Below, piece after piece: positions 51,288-63,676 of a stretch of DNA of 64,000 nt. The stretch spans positions 14,074,001-14,138,000 of the forward strand of contig CP075493.1 of NCBI GenBank assembly GCA_021613535.1, in the 5' to 3' direction. This DNA is from Adineta vaga (Eukaryota; Animalia; Rotifera). The translations under genes were made by a program, and so were the position numbers. Under the pieces are notes generated by a model. That model saw only the letters and a program-made list of their open reading frames with translations, was not told the DNA's origin and searched no databases. Each line of letters starts with the position of its first letter. Positions within the stretch are counted from its first letter, which is position 1.

Positions 51288-53694
51288 GAATACAGTCAAG
51301 AATGTCCTTCAGAAAATGTCCTTGGGTTTTGGTCCTTTGGAAAATGTCCTCTAGACAAAATGTCCTTGCAAAAATGTCCTTAAAAATCTTTCTCTTCTTA
51401 AATAAAGTAAACTACTCAGGTAAAATTATTGATAATGGAAATTAATTAAAAAAGAACGTTTAAAATTTTATAGATTTAATTATTCAGCACAAAAAAGGAA
51501 AGTTTTTCCAATAATTCTTGTACTGTAATTGTGTTGTTTTTAAATTGATTATATAGTTCGTTGGTTCGATCTTCAGCTATTCTTGTTACTAATCGTTTTG
51601 TACGTGGACATACTCCGCAATTAATTTGAATGATCATACTATGGATAATATCCACTTCTTTTCGAATGGCATCGATAAAATACCAAATGTTGGGTTGGCA
51701 TTTTTCCAAACGATTAGCAAACCTGTTGTTGTATCCTAAAAAAGCATCCGTTAATTAGAAATTTGTAATTAATATAGTTTTTTTAACCTACCTTCGCTGA
51801 AATTATTCGTTCTATCAGGAATATCAAATACATTCCATATCGAGATTCGTTGTAACCAGTATTTACTGAAGTACTTGAAGAATGGTGCTAATGTATCACG
51901 TTCATCTTCACTTAAATCATTTTGTAGACCATCGAATAATGCTGAAACAAAATTTGCAGGTACTAAAGCCAGTGCCATCATTCGACGAATAACATTACGA
52001 ATCATCATATTGTCCAAATAAACAGATGCTAGTCCACATGATTGAACATTCCTATAAACAGCCTTCGCGAAATGGAAAAAACACCCTTTTTGAAGTGTTC
52101 TCTGTAAACTAGAAAAAAAACAAATTTTTAAAAGAACTTCTGACAGTTTTGTTAATCGTCACGTATTACACACCTCAAGACTAATTGCTTTTGCGAGACC
52201 TGGTTGAAAGTCAGTCATAATTATTTTAGGATCAAACTTCTTGTTCAATCGTTCTGCTTCATTAAACAATACGTTGAACAGGTGGATATACGTGGGTGCT
52301 TTCCGATCAGATAACAATGCATATAATACTGGCACACCTATTTCAAAATAGACATTAATATAACAAGTAAGTGATGTATTAAACCTAGCTTACATGAACC
52401 ATGAAGAAATGCTAGAATTATAAAGACTTGCTCGAAGTGCGGTGGTGAGGTACTAAACGTACAGTCCATATGAAGCTTTTGACTGTTGAACAATACGTTC
52501 AATTGAATATCTGAGGACCAAATCAACATCCGTCCCTCAGATCGCATATGTCCCGATTGTTTTAGTTGAAATTTAAGATCGTTACTATCATATAATATCA
52601 GACGATCTTTATCACAATAATCCTTTGTGAACGTTTCTGGTATGAATAAGGATGATGATTGTGGTACTGGAGGAGTTGCTTTACGACGTTGATGCATTAA
52701 ATTGTGACCTAAAACGATGATTAAAAGGAAACACATAGTTTAATTTGTTGTGTAGATAGAGAGGAGATATCACACCTAAATTGTTAATACGAGGCAAAAC
52801 TGCTAAGGCTTCACCTGTCAACAACGCTTCTCGTATTTCTTGTTCAGCAATTTTCTGTAATGGTGTTGCTTCATTTTCGGCCCTTTTTCGCATAGCTTCT
52901 CGTAAATTTCGTACTTCAGTTGCAGATGGATTTGGCAAATGAGAATGAACAGATGATTTTGCACCATAACGTATAAATTCATTTTCAACAGTTGTATGTG
53001 CAATTACACGACATGCTCTGTTAGCACATCGGCAAAACTTCTTAGTTCGGTCTTTACTATGATCCTTCAGCTGAAATTGATAACCTTCAGTGTCCAACAT
53101 CATCTTTCGTTTATTTGACACTGTTTTATTAATGACGGGTTTTGGTAAATCAGTCAATGACGATAAGGATGAATGTTCAGTTAGTGATGAAGAAGAAGAT
53201 GATGATGAATATTCAGTTGATGACGATGACGAGGATGATGAAGATAACCATGATATATCATCATCCATCATTGTTACTTCTTCAGTAGCCATTTCGAAAA
53301 TAATTCGTTTGACTTTATTCTTTTCTTCTATGTATTAATTAAGCAACCAATCCCAATCCTCAGAGTTTTTCTCTCTAAGTTGGTTCATTTTACACGTAGA
53401 ATAAATTATATTTTAATATAGGTCGAATACGTATGTATATACACTCAGTCTAGAGCGTACTCTCATCTATACTCAAAACATCATATATACACAAGCATAA
53501 TAAATTAGTTCAAAAATATTTTTTATAGATGAAGAAATTTTCCACAGGAAATTTTCCAAAGGACATTTTTCAGAGGACATTTTCTAAAAGACAAGAAACT
53601 TAAGGACCTTTTGTCCGAGGACCAGATCCCAAGGACATTTTTGCAAGGACATTTTTGCAAGGACAGATTCTAAAGGACATTCTTGACTGTCACC
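51288..53694 (-). mobile_element. Mutator-like (MULE) DNA transposon nested in the LTR element
   Basis: TIR core ACAGTCAAGAATGTCCTT at both ends, subterminal AAAATGTCCT repeats, near-perfect TSD TACCAAGT/TATCAAGT. Confidence 0.88.
51476..53292 (-). CDS. MULE transposase (FLYWCH/WRKY-GCM1-like Zn finger + DDE domain), multi-exon, possibly inactive
   Basis: FCRCANRAC..HSH, LHMDCTF, MTDFQ, GCFFHF, RTNNFSEGYNN, PNIWYFI across short introns. Confidence 0.85.
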
Positions 53695-53825
53695 TATCAA
53701 GTTATCATTATGTAAACTAATAACTTTTCCTTTCTGTCGACTCTGTGAACTTTTTCTCATGTTTTTTGTCATGGTTCTTTTCCTCACACTGTTTCATAGT
53801 TTGGTGTGCGGACACACCACTTCAT

Positions 53826-53837
53826 GAGGGAAGGGCG
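53826..53837 (+). promoter_or_regulatory. Polypurine tract
   Basis: GAGGGAAGGGCG directly before the 3' LTR. Confidence 0.8.
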
Positions 53838-53982
53838 TGTTAACGATATAAACCTTCGACAGATTTACTTTCGTCTTTGTTCTCTCTCTCTCGCTCTTCT
53901 TTCTATATAAGGTGATGTATTTTCTCTTTTTGATATGATTAATTCTGAATAAACAAGAAGTCGCTCGACTAGCGAGCTAACA
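53838..53982 (+). repeat. 3' LTR (145 bp)
   Basis: Differs from the 5' LTR by about 3 substitutions and a shorter CT tract. Confidence 0.95.
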
Positions 53983-54574
53983 ATATTCTATAGTTCCTTC
54001 TCAATATTATTGATTGTCTTCATTTTCTAATTAATAAAAGAGACAAAACTGACTTTAACGTGTCAGATATCTTTCGAAGCTGGATTTAATATAATATTTT
54101 ATAAAATTTATGTTCAAAATGTTAATGAAATCTTCTCTGGTTTTAATCTTTCCCAGAAGGGATCAAGTGACATGACAAAATCTTGTTTCTCAAAGATGAT
54201 AAACTCATTCTGACAGAAATATAAGTCAATTTAATATACTAAATATTTGAGAATTGCTTGAAAATATTTTCCGGTGCTTTATATATACAAATATACATTG
54301 AAAGACAATAACTTCCAAGTGGTTGCGTCACAAATCTTCTCTCGTAAAATTATGTCGTATTATATGTGCTTTAGTCTATATACAATCCATTTAATTATCT
54401 TTTTCTTTTCAGGCATAGAACTACATATAAAAGACTCAGAGAGTAAAGATTTCGTTGAGAGAAAAGCAGAATGGGTTTATGTAGAAATATTAGAATTTTT
54501 ATGTTTAAGTATACTTTATTTTGCTTTATATATAGATCAATTATTCGAAGTTCTTAATTGAAACTATTTTAATT

Positions 54575-55598
54575 ATGCTCGATAACGAAAATAAGAAAAT
54601 TGGCTTTCCACTTACTTTGTTGACAGTTATTGCTGGCATAGTTGGATGTTTAGTATCATGTATTGTTTTGATTTTAATTATTCATAATCTTTGTTATAAT
54701 CGTTCAAACCGCCAAGATAAAATAGTTCTTATTCTCTGTATTAATATATATATCTGGATATTCATGGTTTTGATAATATTTACTTCGATGAATATTAAAA
54801 CAATATTAGGCGATTTGTATGGACAAGATTTTGATTCATCAGGGTGTATATTCTTGGGGTATCTATCTATGGTTAGTGGCGGTCTTGTGTATATCACGTT
54901 CATCAATCAGGTAATTATTTCTTATATTTACAAATGAAAAATAATAAATATGTTTAGAAGAAAGAATGTAAAATGTTTTTTAGGCGTTTTTTCGTTTATG
55001 TCGTATTGTATATACTCAATACAGATGGCTTCAATTTTATTGGTTATATGTAATAATACCTCCCTTTCAAGTAATATTACTGTGTGTTTTACTGTGTCCT
55101 CTGCTTATTTGGGTTGATATCATTTATTTACCAACGGAAAATTATTGTTATTTTCATTTGTCAAATGTTCGTGTTGTTGCTTGGGCTGGATTTATTTGTT
55201 ACGGAATTCCTCTCCTGTGTTTATTGTTAATATATACTCGTATAACAATATATCTTCGTCAACAAACAAATAATCAAAGAATATCAATTAAACGACGACA
55301 AGAGCGAGATTTAGTTGCTATTCGTCGTATCTTTATTGTCTTCAGTATGTTGGCTACTCTTGGATTGCCGAATATCATTCTTTTAATAATGTTTTTCATG
55401 ACAGGTGAAGAACATCCTCTAAGTTTACGTATTGAATTTGTATCAATGACTATAAGTTTCGCAGCATTGACTGTAGGAATTGTTTTATCTACATCTCAAC
55501 TAAAAAAAATTATTTTCAAAAGAGGGCAACGAAATCAAGTGATACCTTTTAATGGCTCGTTGGCAGGATCAATTCCAATGAGAGCTATAAATACTTAG
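54575..55598 (+). CDS. Rhodopsin-like GPCR, 2 exons (intron 54911-54983)
   Basis: 7 TM pattern, CIFLGY, NQAFFRLCRIVY across the junction, YGIPL, RDLVAIRRI. Confidence 0.8.
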
Positions 55599-56232
55599 AA
55601 ATGAACTTCTTTTATGCTTATATGGCAATAATTTTATCGTGAAATTTCGATCTTTGCTCTAGCATTAATTAAAAATTGTCAATTGAATGCTTTTATTTAT
55701 TTATCTAAAATTTTGTTTCTATACAACTTTTTTTAAAATTTTCTTCGATGTTGTTTCAAAGAAAACCTAGTTGACGTCCGTATTTATCATTTGTTGTCTA
55801 TCTTCAAGAATAAAGGATTTTTGTTTATTAAAAAAAGAATCTTAAATAATCAGTTTTGCATAGATTAATAGAAAAAAATGTAATGCATTTTTGGTAAGAG
55901 TTTTTCATTGGATTTAATCTGTATAAGTTATTTTGATATATGGTAATGCTTGTCCATATCAATAAATAATGAATTCATCTTCTGCATCTGACTTTCGTTT
56001 TCTTTTTTTCATTATTTGCGAAATTAAATCCCACGACCATATCGATCCTAAAGGAACAGTTGAGCTTTAAAATGTTATAAAGACATAGTAACAGAAAAGA
56101 AATATTAGATTGGCAAGACATTTTTGACGTTTTTTTTAAGAATTTACTAGAACAGTCAAGACAGTTCTAGAAGTTTCTATAATAAGGGTATAGAAAGAGA
56201 GTACGAATATGTTCCGAATAACAACAAAACAA

Positions 56233-56535
56233 TGGATGTGGATATGGATGTCATACAGCAGCTTATCGAGGAAGATTCTAGACTAACTATACACGGTGCT
56301 TAGCAGAGCGACTTGAGTGCTCTCATACTACAGTGGAAATATATCTGGGTGAATTAGGCAAAACGTGGGCATACAGTGTATGGATACCAAATGATTTGTC
56401 ACACTCACCCCTGCAATACAGGGTTGATACTTGTATGAAATTAATGACATCTCACCGCAACTTCCAATAGTTCCAAAATCTTATTACCGACGATGAAAAT
56501 TGGGTGCTACATGTTAATCATATACGCAAGCATGA
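56233..56535 (+). mobile_element. Decayed mariner transposase fragment
   Basis: LIEEDSRLT..LAERLECSHTTV (HTH), WIPNDL (WVPHEL-like), ITDDENW (TGDEKW-like), with a stop and a frameshift. Confidence 0.8.
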
Positions 56536-57278
56536 CACACTCATTCCTTCTGATGAATGTGAGTAATGTCAGCCTATATAGATTCAACCATGTGTATTAG
56601 ATTATTTGAAACATTTCAGTATTTTATTCTGTATGCCTTTAAACACTTCTCGTGCATAAATGATAAACTATAATCTATATTCATCATTTTGAGCAAAAAC
56701 ACCACCCAAGAGTATTTATTGATTTTTATAGTAATTTCCATAAATCAACAAATATACAAACCTTAGACACATCGAGCAAAGCTTACATCTGTTTATTTCA
56801 GTGGATTTAAAACTCAATAAAGTCTAATAAGTAATAGTTTATTCTCTGTTCGTAAGATATTTACATTGATATTAGTGTGACTGATTGTTTTATCAAGAAT
56901 GTTACTTATTCTTGAACGTATTGTAGATGAATTCGCAACAGAAAAGCCAAAAATATCATGACAAACTTCATCATATTTCATCTGACGTTTGATTTTCTTT
57001 GCATTTCAGGCACATTCAAGATCTGATGATCAACTGGTCTAGACCATTATTAACAAATTCAATGTTCTCTTCTACATTTTATATTTTGTGTAAATATTCT
57101 TTGTTTTTCCTATGCAATCAATTCTCTTCCGATTTGAGAAAAAAAGAGTAAGCTTTAGAAAATAATTAGTGAAAACTCGATCGGTTACGGGAAAAAAGAA
57201 AAAAAGATTTTATTGCATAGATTTTTATTAGAAACAAAGTATTTTTCTATTACATTCAACGACGTTTCTGCGTAAAGA

Positions 57279-57551
57279 ATGTCTTACAACCAAGCACCAC
57301 CACCGTATTCAGGAGAGCCGCATACAAATACTCAAGGTCCTCAACCATATCCAAATCATCCACCCTATATGAATCCTTATCCATATGGAGGAGGAGGATC
57401 ACCGGTTATTATCATGCAACAACAACAACAACAACAACATCAAGTTATTGTACGACCATCAGGAACTAATCATGCTGTATGTTGTCTGATTTGTATTCTA
57501 ACAGGTGGCTTGAGTATTCCTTGTTGGATTTATGGCTGTATTACGGATTAA
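57279..57551 (+). CDS. Small Pro/Gln-rich protein with a Cys-rich hydrophobic tail (CYSTM/BRI3-like)
   Basis: PPPY motif, polyQ, TNHAVCCLICILTGGLSIPCWIYGC. Confidence 0.7.
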   Translation: MSYNQAPPPYSGEPHTNTQGPQPYPNHPPYMNPYPYGGGGSPVIIMQQQQQQQHQVIVRPSGTNHAVCCLICILTGGLSIPCWIYGCITD

Positions 57552-57712
57552 ACAATCATTCTAAGACTTTACCATTTTTTCTTTCGTAATTATATCAAAT
57601 TATTCAGAACGAAAATCAGTGATCTCTAATATTTTTCAATATCTTTAAATAAAATTTATTCATAGAAACCATCTTGAGGGCGTGGGTGAGACGAAAAACA
57701 AATATATTTATT

Positions 57713-59452
57713 TTATTGAATCCATAGTGCGATAGAAATACAATCTCGATAAATGTGAAATTTGCTGATGGAGCATGTCGTTGGTAGTTGAGAAAATAAG
57801 CAGTCCTTTATTTTAGTTTCAGTCGTTGACGATAAATTTTCAGTTTTACAAGTGATAGTCAATGCTCGAAGATTGGCCATAGTGCTGAGAAGATATATTA
57901 AATTTGTTGAAGATTTTAAAACCATACCAGACAAAACTTCACATTGACGACCAAGTGATGATTGAGCAAATATAACACAATCTTCATCATCCACAATATA
58001 CATTGGAGCAAAATCACGGTCAGATACATAAAAATAAAATCGACGAATTGACTTACTCCTAAGTTTTGACAATTGTAAAAAATCATATTTAAATGGATCA
58101 GGAATAATAAATTCATAGAGATGAGGTGTTAGATCAAATAATTGTTGAAGGTCTGTCTCATTTCTATATCTATCAAATAAGCATAATGACGTCAAATACT
58201 TCAATGTTGAAATACTACTGCAAAAGTATTCATGTATCGGTAGTGAAATAGTAAGTTCTTGAATATTTGGGAAAATAACGGGATGTATATCTAGTTGTTG
58301 TTTTTCGTCTGAAATTTTAGAAATAAATTTGCATACTTTATGAAATATCCAATATTCTCGTTTATCATCAGGACTAGTCCATTTTGATCGTCCGTTTTCT
58401 ATAGTCTTGAATATACTAAACCAATATGGCAACGTATATATGAGACCACTATTTGAATTCCAATCACATCGAACAAACCATCGGTGTTCATCAAGCCAGA
58501 ATGGTGTTCGAAATGTATCAATAATTTCATCAATTCGTTTTTCTTTGTCACTAACATTGTAAACTGAAATATGCATTTTAAATCGGAATATTTTAAGTTT
58601 TGGTAAATGATCAATGATTATCTGTTTCCATTCATGTCCTGTAAAATAAGATATTTCCATATCAATAATTAAACAACATAAATTCGACATATTTTGCAAA
58701 AGATTATTTAATGAATGTAATGAATTACGAAACACGAAGTTTAACGTCGTAAGTGACGAAAATACAATGGGATTTATTTCATTAATACTTTCACAATGAA
58801 TTTTTAGCGCTAAATTTTGAAGATATAATGTACATTGAAAGAGATATATCAGATTACGGTATTGATAGGAAGCAGTCGTGCCAATTGATAAGTATTTAAG
58901 GGTATTTGAAACGACTATTATTTTACTGAAATCGATATTGATGTTATCAAAGGACGTAAGAACAAGGTGTTTAAGTTTTGGTAAAGCCCATATTTGATTC
59001 CAGTAATAGGATGTATTTTCATCTTGATGAGGAATAGAACAATGGGTCATATTAAGATAAATCAAATTTTTAAGATGATGAATATTGTTGAGTACGTTAA
59101 CTGTTTCATCGTTTGATAGTTTAATCAATGTAATAGATTGTAAACGAATGAACTGAACGAATGTAAAATTAAACGAAAGAAAAATTGAAGGTAAATTTGG
59201 AGTTATATCAGAATTTACAAGGCAAAGTAATGCAACTCGATCAAGTATCGATGGAAGATATTGTTGGCAAACAATTTGAAAATCTTGTCTGGATATATAT
59301 TGAAAATTGAAACGATGTTTTCGATACAATTGATAAAGTAGGATGTTAAAACGAGAATTAATATTATGAAAAGCATTAAATAATGGTAAACTATCAAAAT
59401 ATTCGAAAAGTTCTAATAAGATCTCATTTGGTAACGATTCAAACTGCATCAT
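57713..59452 (-). CDS. F-box + LRR-like protein
   Basis: FESLPNEILLELFEY F-box start, leucine-rich repeats, FRTPFW...IYTLPY motif. Confidence 0.8.
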   Translation of the reverse strand: MMQFESLPNEILLELFEYFDSLPLFNAFHNINSRFNILLYQLYRKHRFNFQYISRQDFQIVCQQYLPSILDRVALLCLVNSDITPNLPSIFLSFNFTFVQFIRLQSITLIKLSNDETVNVLNNIHHLKNLIYLNMTHCSIPHQDENTSYYWNQIWALPKLKHLVLTSFDNINIDFSKIIVVSNTLKYLSIGTTASYQYRNLIYLFQCTLYLQNLALKIHCESINEINPIVFSSLTTLNFVFRNSLHSLNNLLQNMSNLCCLIIDMEISYFTGHEWKQIIIDHLPKLKIFRFKMHISVYNVSDKEKRIDEIIDTFRTPFWLDEHRWFVRCDWNSNSGLIYTLPYWFSIFKTIENGRSKWTSPDDKREYWIFHKVCKFISKISDEKQQLDIHPVIFPNIQELTISLPIHEYFCSSISTLKYLTSLCLFDRYRNETDLQQLFDLTPHLYEFIIPDPFKYDFLQLSKLRSKSIRRFYFYVSDRDFAPMYIVDDEDCVIFAQSSLGRQCEVLSGMVLKSSTNLIYLLSTMANLRALTITCKTENLSSTTETKIKDCLFSQLPTTCSISKFHIYRDCISIALWIQ

Positions 59453-59663
59453 TTGTTTGGATTCTAATGCAATCGTATGTTTGTCCTTGTGACTTTGTTT
59501 TTTATTCTTTTACTATTCTCTTTATTTGATTATTGGTTGGTTGAGATAAAGGTTTCTTTTGCTTTCTGCATTATCGAGTAGGTTTTTTATTAAAATCAAA
59601 AAAAGATCATCCGAGAAGAAAAATATCACAAAATCTTGTTCAAAATGTCTTTTTTCATCATCA

Positions 59664-60722
59664 TCATTTTGGTTTAGGAGGAGGATAAAATGTAAATTCT
59701 GGTGTTCGAATAATGCCAGAATCCGCACTATCTTCCTCTTGTTTGTTAGCAACAGCATTTGCCTTCTCTCGTGATTGAACCCATGCTTTAGCAATAGCTC
59801 GTTTCGTAGCATCATCGCCATTTTCATACATTTCCTCAACTGCATCCATAAATCCTTCGTTTGAGCCTCTCAAACGATCCAATTTTGGCAATGCTCTATA
59901 TCAGATAATCAGTGAAATTAATTTTATTCAACAGTAAATATAACTTACTCCAGTGCTGATTTCTTTTCCTCTTTTAAAAGGCTTCCCCAATTTTTTGATT
60001 CAACTTTTCGTAAAGATAAAATCACCATATCTTTTTTCACCTAAATATATGATAAGACAAATTAAACAAGCATTCAATATTTGAAGCGAACTTTAAAAGT
60101 CGATTGATCCGGTTGAATGTCATGCAGAAGATGAACTCGTTTCAACGAATAATTAATATTTTTTAGATTTTGAATTTGTAGATAAAAGCCACTATAATAG
60201 ACTAAATTACAAAAGTATAAAACTCGATGACGATCTTACTTTTTCTCAAATGAACATTGAATCTGGCTTTCTGGTAAATCTCCAACACCATCGAGATTTT
60301 GAACGTAAACTTTCACAAATTTATCACTTTGATCCCATGCTATGATCAATCATAATAAAGAATATAGAAATAGAAATAATCAGAGCACTCGTGTCCTACC
60401 ATAAACTGTTATATCTTTTGTATATGAATGAGTAGGGTTTGGTAAGGTATTGGATTTTTGTTCGGCTGCTTTAACAGCAGCTTGTTGTTGCTGCTTCTGC
60501 AACTTTTCTTGCAATTGAGTTAATTCTTTTTCCAATTTCTGTTGATGTACTCCTAACATTTGTATAATTCGAGGTTGAGTAGTTTGCTCGATTAAACGTT
60601 TAAGTTCATCAATATCAGTGCTGACCTATGATGAACGAAATATTCGCGTGAATAATAAATTTCAAAAAACAAATCAACTATGAATTGTCTCATACTTCTT
60701 GTATCTGTTCATCAAGCGTCAT
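59664..60722 (-). CDS. CACYBP: Calcyclin-binding protein / Siah-interacting protein, multi-exon
   Basis: N-terminal helical hairpin (DIDELKRLIE), CS domain (YAWDQSDKFVKVYV), SGS domain (MYENGDDATKRAIAKAW). Confidence 0.9.
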
Positions 60723-61399
60723 CTTGTCTATTATTTAAAATTCAATACACTAGATACTCTTTTGAATTGTAATAAACAACTCTGGTCTGGTTGGAAAAAA
60801 AATCGGTTTATATTTGTCGACCATGATTGAGCGAGAAAAAAACCTATCACAGAGGATCGATAGAATAACAAATCTGACAAGAAAAGGTGACCAGCAAGTA
60901 GCGCTATCTGTTGAAATAAACAGAACTATAGTATAGTATTATTAAACACATCGATGTTTGTCTGTAATTATTTATTGATTAAAAGATATATCTCTATAAG
61001 AAGAATTCGATATTAAAATACTGTGACGCTTAATACGGATTCTTTACGTTTTGGTTGATCTTGTTTATCATCGTTTCGAAGAAATAAATAAAACAGTTAT
61101 ATTGTTAAATTTTTGACAAGTTAAACATGCTTGAGTTGCATAATTAAAATTAGGCCTTTGGGAACAAATCATATGTTGTACAATAGCAATCCATCCCATT
61201 CCCAAAGCATAGTAACAATCAGTCCCCAAGTAATGTGTTCTATTGGGGCGAGGGTGGGTGAGGGTGTGGGTTGTAAAAGATCATTTGGTAAAGGTCCTTC
61301 ATTTAGAATAATTGGATGTATATTTAACGTGATTAAATAGTTCGTCGCTTACCCACATTCATTTGTGCAGCTTATGAGTTTAAATTCGTTACTTCTTGA

Positions 61400-62278
61400 T
61401 TAAAACACATCCAGAAGAGTGGAAAGAAGACAAATACTCGACATGCATGAAGAGTTTGTTTCTCTAGTTTCCATAGATTTCTTAGTGCAGCGTATGTCAC
61501 ATGAAATGCACGAACAACTAATGAACCAGTTGCTGTTATTAATTCTGCAATAAACGCACCGAAATTTTCTGCCCAATAAAACCAATTGAAAAAAGATTGA
61601 ATAGTCCTATAAATTAACGCAAACGAATAGTTCAAACAAGAAGTACGATTTACATGTACACATACATTTCAGGACTAATAATTTTTCTTTGTCCTTTGAT
61701 AACTAAATAAAAACAAGAGATTATGATTTCAAAATTGACATTTCATCTTCACCTTTGATTACAGGTAATTTTCTTATATATTGTTCAGCCATCAATGGAC
61801 TCATTATTGATTTAAATGCACCGACTGGCACTCCAGGAAATCCTATTCCCACTTTGCTTAATTCAGGAATACTGGTTAATACAAGAACTATCAAACCAAA
61901 AAAATAGATAAAAGATGCAACAGTTAATGTTTTGTATTTGCCACAAAATTAATCGGCACTGATCGCTGCACCGATTGGTGATAAATTACATAAACAAGAG
62001 TAGGACATTGTCACTTCTGTGTCCATTTTTCTACCATAACCAAGCGCTCCTGGTTGTTTTTCGCCGTGAGTTGGTATTAGAAATTGAATATAGTTCTGAA
62101 ATACGATATACGTACCAAAATAAACAAATTGTTCACACAATTGACCAAAAATTAAAAGTCAGGCAGTGGATGGAAATCGATTATAAATATGTTCGAGCGT
62201 CGTCAATTCATTCTGTGTCGGTTCAATTTCAGTCTGTTTTTCATCATTTGTATCATCTATCATTGATGTGTTCATCAT
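61400..62278 (-). pseudogene. POT/PTR peptide transporter (fungal PTR2-like) pseudogene
   Basis: EPTQNELTTL, CEQFVYFG..FQNYIQF..PGALGYG, GAAISAD*FCGKYKT, PLMAEQY, FNWFYWAENFGA; stops, a frameshift and truncation. Confidence 0.75.
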
Positions 62279-62479
62279 TTTCGTTCGAAAATCACATATG
62301 CAACTGAATCGTTCAGATGTTATATTTAGAAATAATCACTCATAGTTCATCTCTATACGAACAAAAACTACGATTGAACATCCGATAATAAAGAATTCAA
62401 AACTTATTACAAAAAAAAACTCATTCACATTTTGAATCACATAATTAAATATTCTTTGAAGTTAAACCATATACTTCGA

Positions 62480-63676
62480 TTATTTCGTTTAATAAATTCC
62501 TCCAACCCTAAATCATATAATTATGTTTAACTTATGTATTGAATTTTTGAAATGGACAAATTTTATCTACCATTTTTTCATGTAAACTTGCATAAATTGG
62601 ATCTTGCACTAAAATTAAATGAACAGAATGAAATTCCGATTGAGGTACTTTTGGAAATAAATGATGAATCTATATAAGAAAAAAAAAACAAGATTTTCAT
62701 CGTTATTTCTGAATTAGGAAAACTCTTCTTACCATATGATAATGTTCATTATGTATTCCGAAGAAAAAATTCCATAACCATCCACAAATTCTATTACGTG
62801 TCATATAAATATCAATCCGTTCAAAAGAGTAATGAAAAGAATTTTAAAAAAAAAGAGAAGAAAAAAAACAATTCTTATCAATGGATAATGTTCAAGTAAT
62901 TTAATAAATGATCCGATCCACACATGTCTTGTCAGATAAGGAATAAACCGAAATAAACATAGCTTAATCAAATTCTTCGTAGAGATAAAAAAATATCAAC
63001 CATCCAATTAACTAAATACTTCGAATACATGTTTCATATTTATCTTCAACCTAAAAATATTCATTTTTCTCTCAAAATACAACTGATTTCATTGATAATC
63101 AAATACACGAAATAATTCCATGATGATATAGGTGAAAAAAGATTTCGTAGATATTTTTTAATATTTTCCTTTGTTCGTTCTTCACCACAAGTGTCACTGC
63201 CATGAAAACTTTGAAAGATGAGATAACCAGATGAAAATGTTCCGAGAAAGTAATTTAAATACTGATTCGATGCAAAACAATGATGTGTTGCTTGATGTAG
63301 ACAATTAGCAAGACCACGTTGTCGAGCACTAACAATACAAACTGAGATGAAATAGATCATTATTTCTAAAAAATAATACGAATAATAATGAATATAAACA
63401 TATTTTGAAAGATAAATCGATAGAAATATAATTGACCAATCTTCAATTAAGGATAATAAACCATATTGTATTATTTACTTTCTGTGTAATTGTATTGTTG
63501 AAGTACTTGTGCACGAATTGATTCATTAAAACGATATCGTTTAAATGCTTTAATCTTCTTCACTTCGATATTCATGATAAATGTACAACAAATGAATAGT
63601 TCATCTTTCGTTTATATATACGTAGAAGATCATTTGATTGATAGAGAATCGATTTTGACATGGTACATGACGTCAT
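62480..63676 (-). pseudogene. Membrane di-iron fatty-acid-desaturase/hydroxylase-family pseudogene
   Basis: ARQRGLANCLHQATH (His box 1), LEHYP, HNEHYHM/IHHLFPKVP (His box 3); His box 2 is missing and there are frameshifts. Confidence 0.7.

Larger units (their letters stand above)
42891..53982 (+). mobile_element. Full-length, defective Ty3/gypsy LTR retrotransposon with ORF3 and a nested DNA transposon
   Basis: Paired LTRs (TGTTA...TAACA), 5-bp TSD ATATT (42886-42890 / 53983-53987), PBS, PPT, gag and PR-RT-RH-IN order. Confidence 0.96.

Noticed and set aside
51293-51381. Short repeats resembling a CRISPR or iteron array
   Set aside because: They are subterminal repeats of the MULE TIR, mirrored at 53559-53689; eukaryotic context
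53090-53338. Acidic 82-aa ORF on +
   Set aside because: Antisense of the Ser-rich N-terminus of the MULE transposase
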